Shown: positions 14,917-23,327, counted from the stretch's first letter. The stretch: 24,000 nucleotides of DNA from Planctomycetaceae bacterium (GCA_002685935.1 NYZD01000179.1:11059-35058), one strand, 5' to 3'. Made by a program: numbers and translations. Notes: generated by a model from the letters alone, not told the origin.

Positions 14917-15137
14917 GATCGATCGTTGTTCGTCTTGAACGTGTCGAGTTCCTCGATCACGGTGAACGGAATCACCACCTGATTGTCATCAAACATGAAC
15001 GGCGCATCAGCGTTGTGCAGCAGCACGTTCGTATCCAACACAAAATACTTGCGGCCGTTCGCGGCGGGCTCGGGGTGGGCGGGCGTGGTCACGATCTCGT
15101 CTCCATGCGTGCGGCGCCACGACGGTGGCATCACCAC
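14917..15137 (-). pseudogene. 5' fragment of the same PhoH2 gene (PIN-domain N-terminus) in a different reading frame; apparent frameshift
   Basis: KYFVLDTNVLLHNADAPFMFDDNQVVIPFTVIEELDTFK is the canonical PhoH2/YlaK PIN N-terminus. The frame is lost at GATCGATC (14917-14924). Removing 1 or 4 nt there joins it to ..HTGRNARQVIRHLDKL. Confidence 0.7.
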
Positions 15138-15290
15138 AGACCCACTTTATAGACGCAAATCACCTCCGCAGCACGGCCGTGGCCCATCCGCAGGCAGCGC
15201 ACCCGCCAAGCTGTACCATGGCCCCAATGCCGAAGTAGAATCTCCCGACGCGCTGCCGCATCTTTGCCCCACCAATTTCGGATGCCCGAC

Positions 15291-17168
15291 ATGACCCCAC
15301 CCACCCCCCTGCGACGCTGGCTGATTGGATGCCTGACCATGATCGCAACCGCCCACGTGCCCGCCTGCGCCCAGTCTTCCGCCCCGTTTGAGTTCACCCG
15401 CATGGTCGCCCACTGGGATGGCAGCTACGCCGACTCCGAATATCTCACCTTCATCGATGACGCCCAGCCGCAGCTCGCGCAGATCGGATTCTACGGCGCC
15501 CACTTCTGGTCGCTCGCCCACACGCCTCACGGCGGCGGCTACCCCGCCAACTTCCCCGTGCGCGGCCTCGACGAAGTCGATACCTGGTTCCAGCAGCGCA
15601 ACCGCCAACTCCACGACCGCTCGGTCAAAGTCATCGGCCATCTCAACGTCATGTTCCTCGTCGGCGAGATCGACTCCCCCGAAGGCCCGCGCGGGTTTTT
15701 CAAGTTCTACCGCGACCTATGGAATGTCGAACAGCTCGGACCAAAACCCGTCGACGACCCGATCGACCTGCTGGAAAGAGACGTCGACGGCCAACCCATC
15801 GTCAACAATTCCTACAACATCGGCGGCATGCGCGAATACTGGGCCTGCCTGCGCAACCCGCACTGGCGCACCGTGCTCCGCGCCTGGGTGAAGCACGGTA
15901 TCGAGCGCGGCGTCGACGGCTTCGTCGCCAACTATTTCTACCGCCACAACTGCCTGTGCGCGCATTGCCAATCCGCCTTCCGCGCCTACCTCGCCGATCA
16001 GTTCACGCCCGACCAGCTCCGCGATGAGTTCGGCATTGACGATCTGTCCACACACCGGTTCACCGAGATCGTCGCCTGGCATGACCCCGCCGAATCCACC
16101 CCGCTCCGCCGCCAGATGTTGCGCTGGTCGCAGATCGCCAACAAGCAGGCCTTCGATGACGTGTTCGTCCGCTACGGCCGATCGCTCAAGCCCGACCTCA
16201 TCGTCGCCCAGTGGAACCATCTCGGTAACTTCAATCAGATCAACGGCGACGAAAAGTGCATGCTGCCCGCCGACCTGTGGTCCCGCGACGAAAGCTACAC
16301 CTGGTACAGCACCGGCGACAGCGCCAACTACTCCGACCTCGAACAGCACGACCTCGGCGACGCCACGCTTCAGGCCCGCTACACGCGCGGCGCGTTCGCC
16401 GACAAGCCGTTCACGCTCGGCAAGTACGAACACACACGCGTGCGCACCGCCATCGCCGAACTCGCCGCCAACGGCGGCGCGCCCATGGGCTTCTACACTC
16501 GCTTCACCGACCCCGCCGCCCGCCGCGAGATCGTGCGCTACTACCAATTCCTCCGCCGCTACGAAGATGTCTATCACGCCGCCCGCCCCCACAGCGAGGT
16601 GCTGCTGCTCTACCCGCGCACGGCGCTGCAACGCGGCGATGTGGATGCCGTTGGCAAGTTCCGTGACGTCGGCCGCGCACTGCTCGATCAACACGTGCTG
16701 TTTGACATCCTGCCCGACGATCAGGCCGACACCCAGACGCGCCGGCGATATCAGTTCGTCGTCACCCCCGACGATTCCACCACCGTCCCCGCCGCCGACG
16801 ATCCGCACCTCAGTCAATTTCTCGCCCCGTGGACCGTGCGCATCTCTGCCGGCCGTCCCGCCGGCGACGACCACACCATCACACTGCACTTCGTCAACTA
16901 CAACCGTGAAGAACCCCCCAAGGCATCCGACGGCCGCCCCAGTCGCGGCGGCGGCATTGACGATGAAAAACCCATCGAAGTGCGCGACATCCGCGCCTCC
17001 CTACTCATCCCCGCCGATCATCACGTCATCAGTCTGCACGTCATGACCCCCGAATCGCCGGACCCCATCGCATTGTCCTACCAGCACGAGGGCGAGCGCA
17101 TCAATTTCAAACTTCCCCCCTTCCTGATCTATGCCGTCGCCCAACTGCGCACCGCCCCGAATCCGTAA
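15291..17168 (+). CDS. Exported GH42-like glycoside hydrolase family protein (TIM barrel plus trimerisation-like domain)
   Basis: ATG at 15291 gives the signal peptide MTPPTPLRRWLIGCLTMIATAHVPACA|QS. HNCLCAHCQSAFRAYLADQFTPDQLRDEFG matches the GH42 CxCxxC-..F..WL...Y motif. Downstream, EVLLLYP.. and YQFVVTP resemble the GH42 trimerisation domain. Confidence 0.55.
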   Translation: MTPPTPLRRWLIGCLTMIATAHVPACAQSSAPFEFTRMVAHWDGSYADSEYLTFIDDAQPQLAQIGFYGAHFWSLAHTPHGGGYPANFPVRGLDEVDTWFQQRNRQLHDRSVKVIGHLNVMFLVGEIDSPEGPRGFFKFYRDLWNVEQLGPKPVDDPIDLLERDVDGQPIVNNSYNIGGMREYWACLRNPHWRTVLRAWVKHGIERGVDGFVANYFYRHNCLCAHCQSAFRAYLADQFTPDQLRDEFGIDDLSTHRFTEIVAWHDPAESTPLRRQMLRWSQIANKQAFDDVFVRYGRSLKPDLIVAQWNHLGNFNQINGDEKCMLPADLWSRDESYTWYSTGDSANYSDLEQHDLGDATLQARYTRGAFADKPFTLGKYEHTRVRTAIAELAANGGAPMGFYTRFTDPAARREIVRYYQFLRRYEDVYHAARPHSEVLLLYPRTALQRGDVDAVGKFRDVGRALLDQHVLFDILPDDQADTQTRRRYQFVVTPDDSTTVPAADDPHLSQFLAPWTVRISAGRPAGDDHTITLHFVNYNREEPPKASDGRPSRGGGIDDEKPIEVRDIRASLLIPADHHVISLHVMTPESPDPIALSYQHEGERINFKLPPFLIYAVAQLRTAPNP

Positions 17169-17202
17169 CCGGCCGGTTCCCGCTGAATCAATTCCCCACG
17201 GT

Positions 17203-17232
17203 TTGACACGTCTACCATATCACTCCGATGAT
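17203..17232 (+). promoter_or_regulatory. Candidate sigma70-type promoter for the permease gene
   Basis: TTGACA (17203-17208), an 18-nt spacer, then GATGAT (17227-17232), about 30 nt upstream of the ATG at 17262. Confidence 0.3.
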
Positions 17233-17261
17233 TCACGCCCGTTCGGAGCCTGTCCCGCCGC

Positions 17262-18488
17262 ATGGTTGAACACGTCCAGAAGTTGCTCGTCGCCATTTGG
17301 ATCCTCTGGGTCGCCGCCGCGCCTTGGCTGGGACTGGGTCTGATCATCGCCGGCCTGGTCCAGGCCTGGGTGCCGCAGGCCTGGCTCATCCGCTGGCTGG
17401 GTCGGCCCGGCATCGGGTCCATCATTCGTGCCGCGCTCATCGGTGCGCCGCTGCCCCTGTGTTCCTGCGGCGTCTTGCCCACGGCCATCGGCCTCCGCCG
17501 CCAGGGCGCGTCCAGGGGCGCGACCGTCTCCTTTCTCGTCGCCACCCCCGAAACCAGCGCCGAATCCATCGCCATCTCCTACGCTCTGCTCGGACCGTTC
17601 CTCGCCGTCGCCCGACCCATCGCCGCGATCATCAGTGCCATCTTCAGCGGACTCATGGCCGACCTCGCCCCCGAGCCCGTCACACCGCCGGCCCAATCCG
17701 ACATGCCGGAAACACATGGCTGCGAATCGACCGCCACGCACTGCTGCGATAGCGAAGCCCCACCCGCCGCCGACACCTCCTGTTGCCACAGCGAATCGGC
17801 CCCCGCTCATTGCTGTAACTCCGAGACATCCCCCGCCGCCGACCCGCCCGCCGAATCATCCTGCTGTAATAGCGATCCCGCCCCCGCCCATTGCTGCGCC
17901 GCCGAGGCGTCACCCGCCCAGCCCGGCGCATGGCGCCGCGCCGCGAACGGCATCCGATACGCCCTGACCGATCTGCTCGACGACCTGGCCAAGTGGCTGA
18001 TCGTCGGCATCGTCCTCGCCGGCGCCATTGCCGCCTTCGTGCCGGAAAGCTGGCTCAAAGAACTCGGCTGGGGCCTGCCCGCGATGCTCGTCATGCTCCT
18101 CGTCGGCATCCCGATGTACATCTGCGCCACCGCCTCCACCCCCATCGCCGCATCCTTATTGGTGGCCGGCGTCTCGCCCGGCGCGGTCCTCGTCTTCCTG
18201 CTCGTCGGCCCGGCGACCAACGTCGCCGCCATCGGCATGATTCGCCGCGAACTCGGCTCCGCCGTCTGCATCCTCTATCTGCTTAGCCTCTCCTTCGCCG
18301 CCGTCCTGTTCGGCCTGCTCACCAACTTCCTCGTCCAATATCACAGCATCGGATTCCCCAATCTCCAGCACGCCCACGTCCACACCGTCCTCAACTGGAT
18401 CGCCATCGCCTCCGCCGTCGCGCTGATCGTCCTTGCCATACGACCGCTGCGCCGCGCCCTGGGCCGGCTGTTCAAATCAATACTCTGA
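17262..18488 (+). CDS. ArsP/DUF318-type permease (SO_0444-like putative metal or metalloid transporter) with a Cys-Cys-rich central loop
   Basis: Polytopic membrane protein with the family-typical LPLCSCG motif in the first half and the pseudo-repeat IPMYICATASTPIAASL in the second half. The central loop HCCDSE..SCCHSE..HCCNSE..SCCNSD..HCCAAE lies between the two halves. Confidence 0.75.
   Translation: MVEHVQKLLVAIWILWVAAAPWLGLGLIIAGLVQAWVPQAWLIRWLGRPGIGSIIRAALIGAPLPLCSCGVLPTAIGLRRQGASRGATVSFLVATPETSAESIAISYALLGPFLAVARPIAAIISAIFSGLMADLAPEPVTPPAQSDMPETHGCESTATHCCDSEAPPAADTSCCHSESAPAHCCNSETSPAADPPAESSCCNSDPAPAHCCAAEASPAQPGAWRRAANGIRYALTDLLDDLAKWLIVGIVLAGAIAAFVPESWLKELGWGLPAMLVMLLVGIPMYICATASTPIAASLLVAGVSPGAVLVFLLVGPATNVAAIGMIRRELGSAVCILYLLSLSFAAVLFGLLTNFLVQYHSIGFPNLQHAHVHTVLNWIAIASAVALIVLAIRPLRRALGRLFKSIL
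17739..17921 (+). repeat. Tandem coding repeat (about 2.5 units) encoding alternating H-CC-x-SE-xxPAAD and S-CC-x-S-[ED]-xAPA modules
   Basis: DNA units cactgctgcgatagcgaagcc.. / tcctgttgccacagcgaatcg.. / cattgctgtaactccgagaca.. / tcctgctgtaatagcgatccc.. / cattgctgcgccgccgaggcg.. are visible in the sequence. They encode five vicinal Cys-Cys dyads. Confidence 0.8.
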
Positions 18489-18499
18489 TCGCCCGCCGG

Positions 18500-18958
18500 T
18501 CAATACGTGAACACCACGCTGTTGCGCCCGATGCGCCCGAACAGCTTCTCACGATCGGCGACCTGCGCGCCCGGAATCAGATCACCCGCACCCAGACTCG
18601 CCGCCTTCAGGCAATGCGGACACACCAATACGTCCGCTCCGCGATCCATCAACCCGCGCACCATGTCACGCACCGGCGGATTGCCGCCGAACTGCATCGC
18701 CGGCCCATTCCGAGTGACCAGCGGCGGGCTCTTCACGTTGAAAAACAGCGTCACGTTCCGACCGTCGTCCAACGCGTGACCTGCCAGCTGCATCGCCATC
18801 GTCACCGCGTGCCCATCCGTGCCCGGCCCGGAGGTCACATTCAAAATCATCGCCGGCGGATACTTCCCCTGACTCAGGGCCTTTCCGCCCCCGGCTTTGC
18901 ACCCCGCGAACACCACCGCCACCGTCGCCACCCATAACCAAACCTGCATGCGCAACAT
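18500..18958 (-). CDS. DsrE/DsrF-like family lipoprotein (152 aa) with a CPHC motif
   Basis: AAGGAG lies 8 nt upstream of the ATG (complement of 18967-18972). The signal with lipobox is MLRMQVWLWVATVAVVFAG|C. The DsrE-like pattern is ILNVTSGPGTDGH...LFFNV...VLVCPHC...VVFTY. Confidence 0.65.
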   Translation of the reverse strand: MLRMQVWLWVATVAVVFAGCKAGGGKALSQGKYPPAMILNVTSGPGTDGHAVTMAMQLAGHALDDGRNVTLFFNVKSPPLVTRNGPAMQFGGNPPVRDMVRGLMDRGADVLVCPHCLKAASLGAGDLIPGAQVADREKLFGRIGRNSVVFTY

Positions 18959-19153
18959 CAGATCGACTCCTTGAGATTGAGGAACGATAAATCCAAATCT
19001 GTATATCCAGTTTAACGCGCCGCATCACGATGGTCGAGTGCAGCCCCCAGCCCGCGGTCGCGTGCTGAACCAGCTCCACCCCGTCGTCGTAATTGATCGT
19101 GGCGCGACATCAAACATTTGGCCGCACCCACTTCAAACAGGCCCGCATCCACC

Positions 19154-20020
19154 ATGAACGATCACGACCTCATAACACACCATCCGAGCCCAGATCCACA
19201 CGGACCACACAATCCGCAGCCGTCGGCCTATCTGGTATTGATGATCCTGGCCGGCGCCGGCATCGGCGCCGCGCTCGGCGCGTTCGCATTCAAGAAGGCC
19301 GCCTACGACAGCGTCGGCATCATCCGAATCAGGCCATACTTCGTCGACCCCATGAATCCGACCGAAAATGCCGTGGCCATCTACGAACAGTTCATTCGAT
19401 CGCAAGCCCTGCGCATCACGCAGCAGCGCGTCATCCTTTTCGCGATGGATAGCGAAACATGGCGCAAGACCGGTCGTGCCGCCGTGGAGGATCCCGAGGC
19501 TGTCGTGCAGTTCACCGAGTCCCTTAGCGCCCGCCACACGCCGCGCACCGAGCACGTCATCGTGCGCTTCACCGATGACGATCCCGTCGTGGCCCGCGCC
19601 GGTGTCACGGCCGTGCTGGAGGCGTATCAGCAAATCTACGGCGGCGAGGATTCTGACTCCGTCATCCGTGACCTGAAGCTGATCAGTGACCTAAAGATAC
19701 TCATCACGGCTGAGCTGCGCTCCGTGATGAACAAGATGGACCTGATCACCGCGCCGTTCGGGGTTGCCGAGAATCTCAAGTCCGAGCACAGCAGCATCAA
19801 GTCAGAACTGGATACCCTGCGCCGCGCCAAAACCGACGCCGAGATAAAGCTGCGTGCCCTGGAATCGACGCCGACACCGTCCGAACCGGAACTGGCACGC
19901 AATCGGGCGCGCATCACGGTCTTGGACGAGCAAATCGCCGCGAGAAATGATCACGCCGAATCGCTTGGCCGGAAGGTCCAACACCTCATAGTCCATGAGC
20001 AGCAACAGCGCGATTACTAG
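19154..20020 (+). CDS. Polysaccharide co-polymerase (Wzz/GumC-type chain-length determinant): N-terminal TM, periplasmic domain and coiled coil, ending at an in-frame TAG
   Basis: TM helix AYLVLMILAGAGIGAALGAFAF followed by YDSVGIIRIRP. Also ..IRSQALRITQQRVILFAMD.. and VIVRFTDDDPVVARAGVTAVLEAYQQIY, which is the typical PCP 'dP..Aa...Na....y' motif. A long coiled coil follows. Confidence 0.7.
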   Translation: MNDHDLITHHPSPDPHGPHNPQPSAYLVLMILAGAGIGAALGAFAFKKAAYDSVGIIRIRPYFVDPMNPTENAVAIYEQFIRSQALRITQQRVILFAMDSETWRKTGRAAVEDPEAVVQFTESLSARHTPRTEHVIVRFTDDDPVVARAGVTAVLEAYQQIYGGEDSDSVIRDLKLISDLKILITAELRSVMNKMDLITAPFGVAENLKSEHSSIKSELDTLRRAKTDAEIKLRALESTPTPSEPELARNRARITVLDEQIAARNDHAESLGRKVQHLIVHEQQQRDY

Positions 20021-20035
20021 GATCAGATAGCGGCG

Positions 20036-20218
20036 ATGGAGACGCGCGAAATGGAACTGAAAATGCTTCTCCGTCAGCCCGGCTTCATCGAAATCGAAGA
20101 GCCGGGCAGTGAAGCCACGCCATCCACGACCGGCCCGGACGGATCGGGGATCCTGTTCGGCGGCATCATCGGCGCATTCGCCGGCGGCGCCGGATTCGTG
20201 CTGATCAAACAGGCGTGA
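20036..20218 (+). CDS. C-terminal piece of the same PCP/Wzz-like protein (proline-containing linker plus second TM helix), same frame as 19154-20020
   Basis: FIEIEEPGSEATPSTTGPDGSGILFGGIIGAFAGGAGFVLIKQA matches the canonical PCP C-terminus ('v.vi..A..P..P..P' followed by a Gly-rich TM). It is separated from the upstream ORF only by TAG (20018-20020) plus 5 sense codons. Confidence 0.55.
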   Translation: METREMELKMLLRQPGFIEIEEPGSEATPSTTGPDGSGILFGGIIGAFAGGAGFVLIKQA

Positions 20219-20403
20219 CCGCAGACCATTCCCAACCTGTCTACCGAATGGCCTCGCCGTAGGCTGTCGTTGCCGTCCGCCGCTTCCATGGCCACATGTT
20301 GATCGCTATCGCGAGCTCGCAGTCTCCATCGTCTTGACGGCCCTCGCGCCCCACCCGACACTGATCGTTGCGACGCAGTCCTGCCGCTTGGGGTGCGCAC
20401 CAC

Positions 20404-21054
20404 ATGAAACCACCCAAACTCTCACTGTCCGTCCTGGCGTTGATCGTCGCCAACATCGCCCCGCTCGTCGCCGTACTGTTCTTCGAGTGGGACGTGATGG
20501 CCGTCGTCGTGGTCTACTGGGTGGAGAACATCGTCATCGGGTTCTACAACGTCCTGAAAATGGCCATCGTCCCCGCCGGTCCGACCTCGCCTCATGCGCT
20601 GAAGCTGTTTCTGATGCCTTTCTTCTGCGTCCACTACGGCATGTTCTGCTTGGTGCACGGTGTCTTCGTGTTCGCGTTCTTCGGTGCTTCCGACGGCCTC
20701 GGCTCGCCCGGGAAACTATTTGATTGGCAGTTGCTGCCCGCAGGTTTCGCGTGGGCTGTCTTCGCGCTGTTCATCAGCCATGGCGTCTCGTTCGTGCACA
20801 ACTTTCTCATCAAGAAGGAGCACGAATCGCTGACGCTGCAAAAACTCATGGCTCAACCCTACGGTCGCATCGTCCTGCTCCACGTCGCCATCATTGCCGA
20901 TGGGTTCCCCATTATGGCGCTGGGCTCACCGATCCCGCTGCTGTGCATCCTCGTCCTGCTCAAAGTCATCGTTGATATCTACCTCCACCAGCGGGAACAT
21001 CGCATCGACCCTGACCAACCCGATACATCGTCACTGCCTGTCAACACGGATTAG
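20404..21054 (+). CDS. Polytopic membrane protein, DUF6498-like (216 aa)
   Basis: ATG at 20404. The pattern LIVANIAPLVAVLFFEWDVMAVVVVYWVENIVIGFYNVLKM....FFCVHYGMFCLVHGVFVF matches the DUF6498-type pattern as I recall it. There are at least 5 hydrophobic helices. Confidence 0.6.
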   Translation: MKPPKLSLSVLALIVANIAPLVAVLFFEWDVMAVVVVYWVENIVIGFYNVLKMAIVPAGPTSPHALKLFLMPFFCVHYGMFCLVHGVFVFAFFGASDGLGSPGKLFDWQLLPAGFAWAVFALFISHGVSFVHNFLIKKEHESLTLQKLMAQPYGRIVLLHVAIIADGFPIMALGSPIPLLCILVLLKVIVDIYLHQREHRIDPDQPDTSSLPVNTD

Positions 21055-21100
21055 CGACGCGATCGACCCCCGCGCCCGCCGCTGCTGATATCATGCCCGT

Positions 21101-21772
21101 ATGACCCTCGCGCTCGACCTGTTCATCACGCATCTTTTCTCCGACGACCAGCAGGCGCGGCTGTTCTTCATCTCGGTTCTCGTCACCGTCGTCTTCAGCG
21201 TCATCCTGCACGAGCTGGCGCACGGCCTGGCCGCCATCCGCCTCGGCGATGACACGCCGATCCACACCGGCCACATGAACTTCAACCCCATCGTCCACAT
21301 GGGTCCGATGTCACTGCTCGCCCTATGCGTCGTCGGCATCGCCTGGGGCGCCATGCCCATCAGCCCTTACAAGATCCGCGGCAGATACGGCGAGGCCCTC
21401 GTCGCCGTCGCCGGCCCCGTCACCAACCTCCTGCTCGCCCTCATCGCATTAACCATCCTGGGCATCTGGATGCCGGACATGCTTACCGACCAGGACCACT
21501 TCACCGACAACCTCAGCTATTTCATATTCGTATTCGGCTCCACGAACGTCATGCTCTTCCTGTTCAATCTGTTCCCCGTCCCCCCGCTCGATGGCTCACG
21601 CATCCTCGCCACCTTCCATCGCGGCTACGCCAACTTCATCTACGATCCCAGCAGGCAGGGCGTGATGATGCTCGGCTTCATCTTCGTGTTCATGATCGCC
21701 TCACAGCTCTGGGATCCGGTGGATCGCGTGGCCACGCAATACGTCTGGTGGATCACGGAGCTGACCCGGTGA
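21101..21772 (+). CDS. Site-2 protease family (peptidase M50) zinc metalloprotease
   Basis: HELAHG zinc motif within a TM helix, plus the second signature LFNLFPVPPLDGSRIL. It is a polytopic membrane protein of 223 aa. Confidence 0.85.
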   Translation: MTLALDLFITHLFSDDQQARLFFISVLVTVVFSVILHELAHGLAAIRLGDDTPIHTGHMNFNPIVHMGPMSLLALCVVGIAWGAMPISPYKIRGRYGEALVAVAGPVTNLLLALIALTILGIWMPDMLTDQDHFTDNLSYFIFVFGSTNVMLFLFNLFPVPPLDGSRILATFHRGYANFIYDPSRQGVMMLGFIFVFMIASQLWDPVDRVATQYVWWITELTR

Positions 21773-21869
21773 TGCCGACGATACGGCCCAGCCTCACGTC
21801 ATACTTTTCAACCCTTACCGGTCAGCCGCGCTTCCCAGCCCGCGCATCGCGAAACACAGGAGATAACTC

Positions 21870-23327
21870 ATGACGTACCAGGACGACGGCATCACACGCC
21901 GGGAACTGATGAAGCTGGCCGCGGTCGGCGCCGCGGGTCTCGCCGTCCCCCCCGCCATCGCCGCCGATCCTCACGCAACATCAACCGGCGCGAAGCGCGT
22001 CAGAAACGTGATCTTCCTCGTCGCCGACGGCATGAGTTGCGGTGTCCCCACGCTGGCCGAGCCGTTCAGTCAGATCGTGCGCCGGCGCGGCACCGTCTGG
22101 TTCGATCTGCTGCGTGACCCAAACATCACCCAGTCCTATCTGCAAACCGACTCCGCCGACAGCCTGGTGACCGACTCGTCGGCCGCGTCCAGCGCCTGGG
22201 GCAGTGGCTTCCGCGTCAACAACGGTGCCGTCAACGTCTCACCGCAAGGCCGCGCGCTGACCCCACTGACGCAAACCGTGCGCGCGTCGGGCCGGCGCGT
22301 CGGCCTCGTGACCACCACGCGCATCACCCACGCCACGCCCGCCGGGTTCGCCGCCGTGCAAGCCAGCCGTAACGACGAACACCTGATCGCCCCGCAATAC
22401 CTCGATCAGGTCGACGTCCTCATGGGCGGAGGCAGAAAGTTCTTTGACCCGACCTTGAACAAGGTCAGCGACGACTTGATCAGCCGGTACGGCGATCGCG
22501 GCTACACCTTCCGGGATCACCGCCGACACCTCGTCAGCGGCGCCGCGCCACGCCGCATCCTCGGGATCTTTGCCGACGATCACCTGCCTTACACCCTCGA
22601 CCGGATGAATGACGAGCAGCTAAAACACCGCGTCCCCACACTCGCCGAGATGACCGCCGCTGCGATCACCTCCCTGGACCAAAGCGACGCTGGTTTCTTC
22701 CTCATGGTTGAAGGCGGTCGCGTCGATCATGCCGCACACGGCAACGATGCCGCCGCCATCCTTTGGGATCAGATCGCGTTCGATGATGCCATCGGCGTCG
22801 CGCTCGACTGGACCACAAAACGCGACGACACGTTGCTCGTCATCACCAGCGATCACGGCAACGCCAACCCCGGCCTCAACGGCATGGGCGGCGGCTACAC
22901 CGACACCAACGCCTGCTTCGCGCAGCTCGCCGCCGCCACGATGTCCTTCGATCGCATTGCTGAACGATTCCGGGAACTGGCCGCCGCCGCTCAACCCACC
23001 CGCGACACCGTGAGCACGCTCATCCGGCAGGCCACGGGAATCACGCTCACCGACACTGAAACCGACGCAGTGTGGACCGCCTGGCGTGAACCGCAACGGT
23101 CCACTGAACTGCACACGCAGCACCGCAATGCCGCGGGCATCCTCGGCCAGGCCCTGGGCAATCACAACGGCATCGGCTGGACCGGCGTCTCACACACCGC
23201 CGACTGGGTCATGCTCACCGCCGTCGGCGCCGGCCACGATGCCTGGCGGGGCATGCGGCACCACACCGATGCCTGCCACACCATGATGCGTCAGATGGGT
23301 ATCCCCGACGCGGCGCGCGGCGTCTGA
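21870..23327 (+). CDS. Alkaline phosphatase (PhoA family), Tat-exported
   Basis: AGGAG (21858-21862) lies upstream of the ATG. Tat signal: ITRRELMKLAAVGAAGLAV. Active-site region: VTDSSAASSAWGSG. Metal-site motifs: EGGRVDHAAHGND and ITSDHGNA. Confidence 0.85.
   Translation: MTYQDDGITRRELMKLAAVGAAGLAVPPAIAADPHATSTGAKRVRNVIFLVADGMSCGVPTLAEPFSQIVRRRGTVWFDLLRDPNITQSYLQTDSADSLVTDSSAASSAWGSGFRVNNGAVNVSPQGRALTPLTQTVRASGRRVGLVTTTRITHATPAGFAAVQASRNDEHLIAPQYLDQVDVLMGGGRKFFDPTLNKVSDDLISRYGDRGYTFRDHRRHLVSGAAPRRILGIFADDHLPYTLDRMNDEQLKHRVPTLAEMTAAAITSLDQSDAGFFLMVEGGRVDHAAHGNDAAAILWDQIAFDDAIGVALDWTTKRDDTLLVITSDHGNANPGLNGMGGGYTDTNACFAQLAAATMSFDRIAERFRELAAAAQPTRDTVSTLIRQATGITLTDTETDAVWTAWREPQRSTELHTQHRNAAGILGQALGNHNGIGWTGVSHTADWVMLTAVGAGHDAWRGMRHHTDACHTMMRQMGIPDAARGV

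Noticed and set aside
21795-21815. Pho-box-like half site (cGTCATAc) upstream of the alkaline phosphatase gene.
   Set aside because: Only one half-site resembles CTGTCATA. The expected second repeat 11 bp downstream does not match, and the E. coli consensus may not apply to this lineage.
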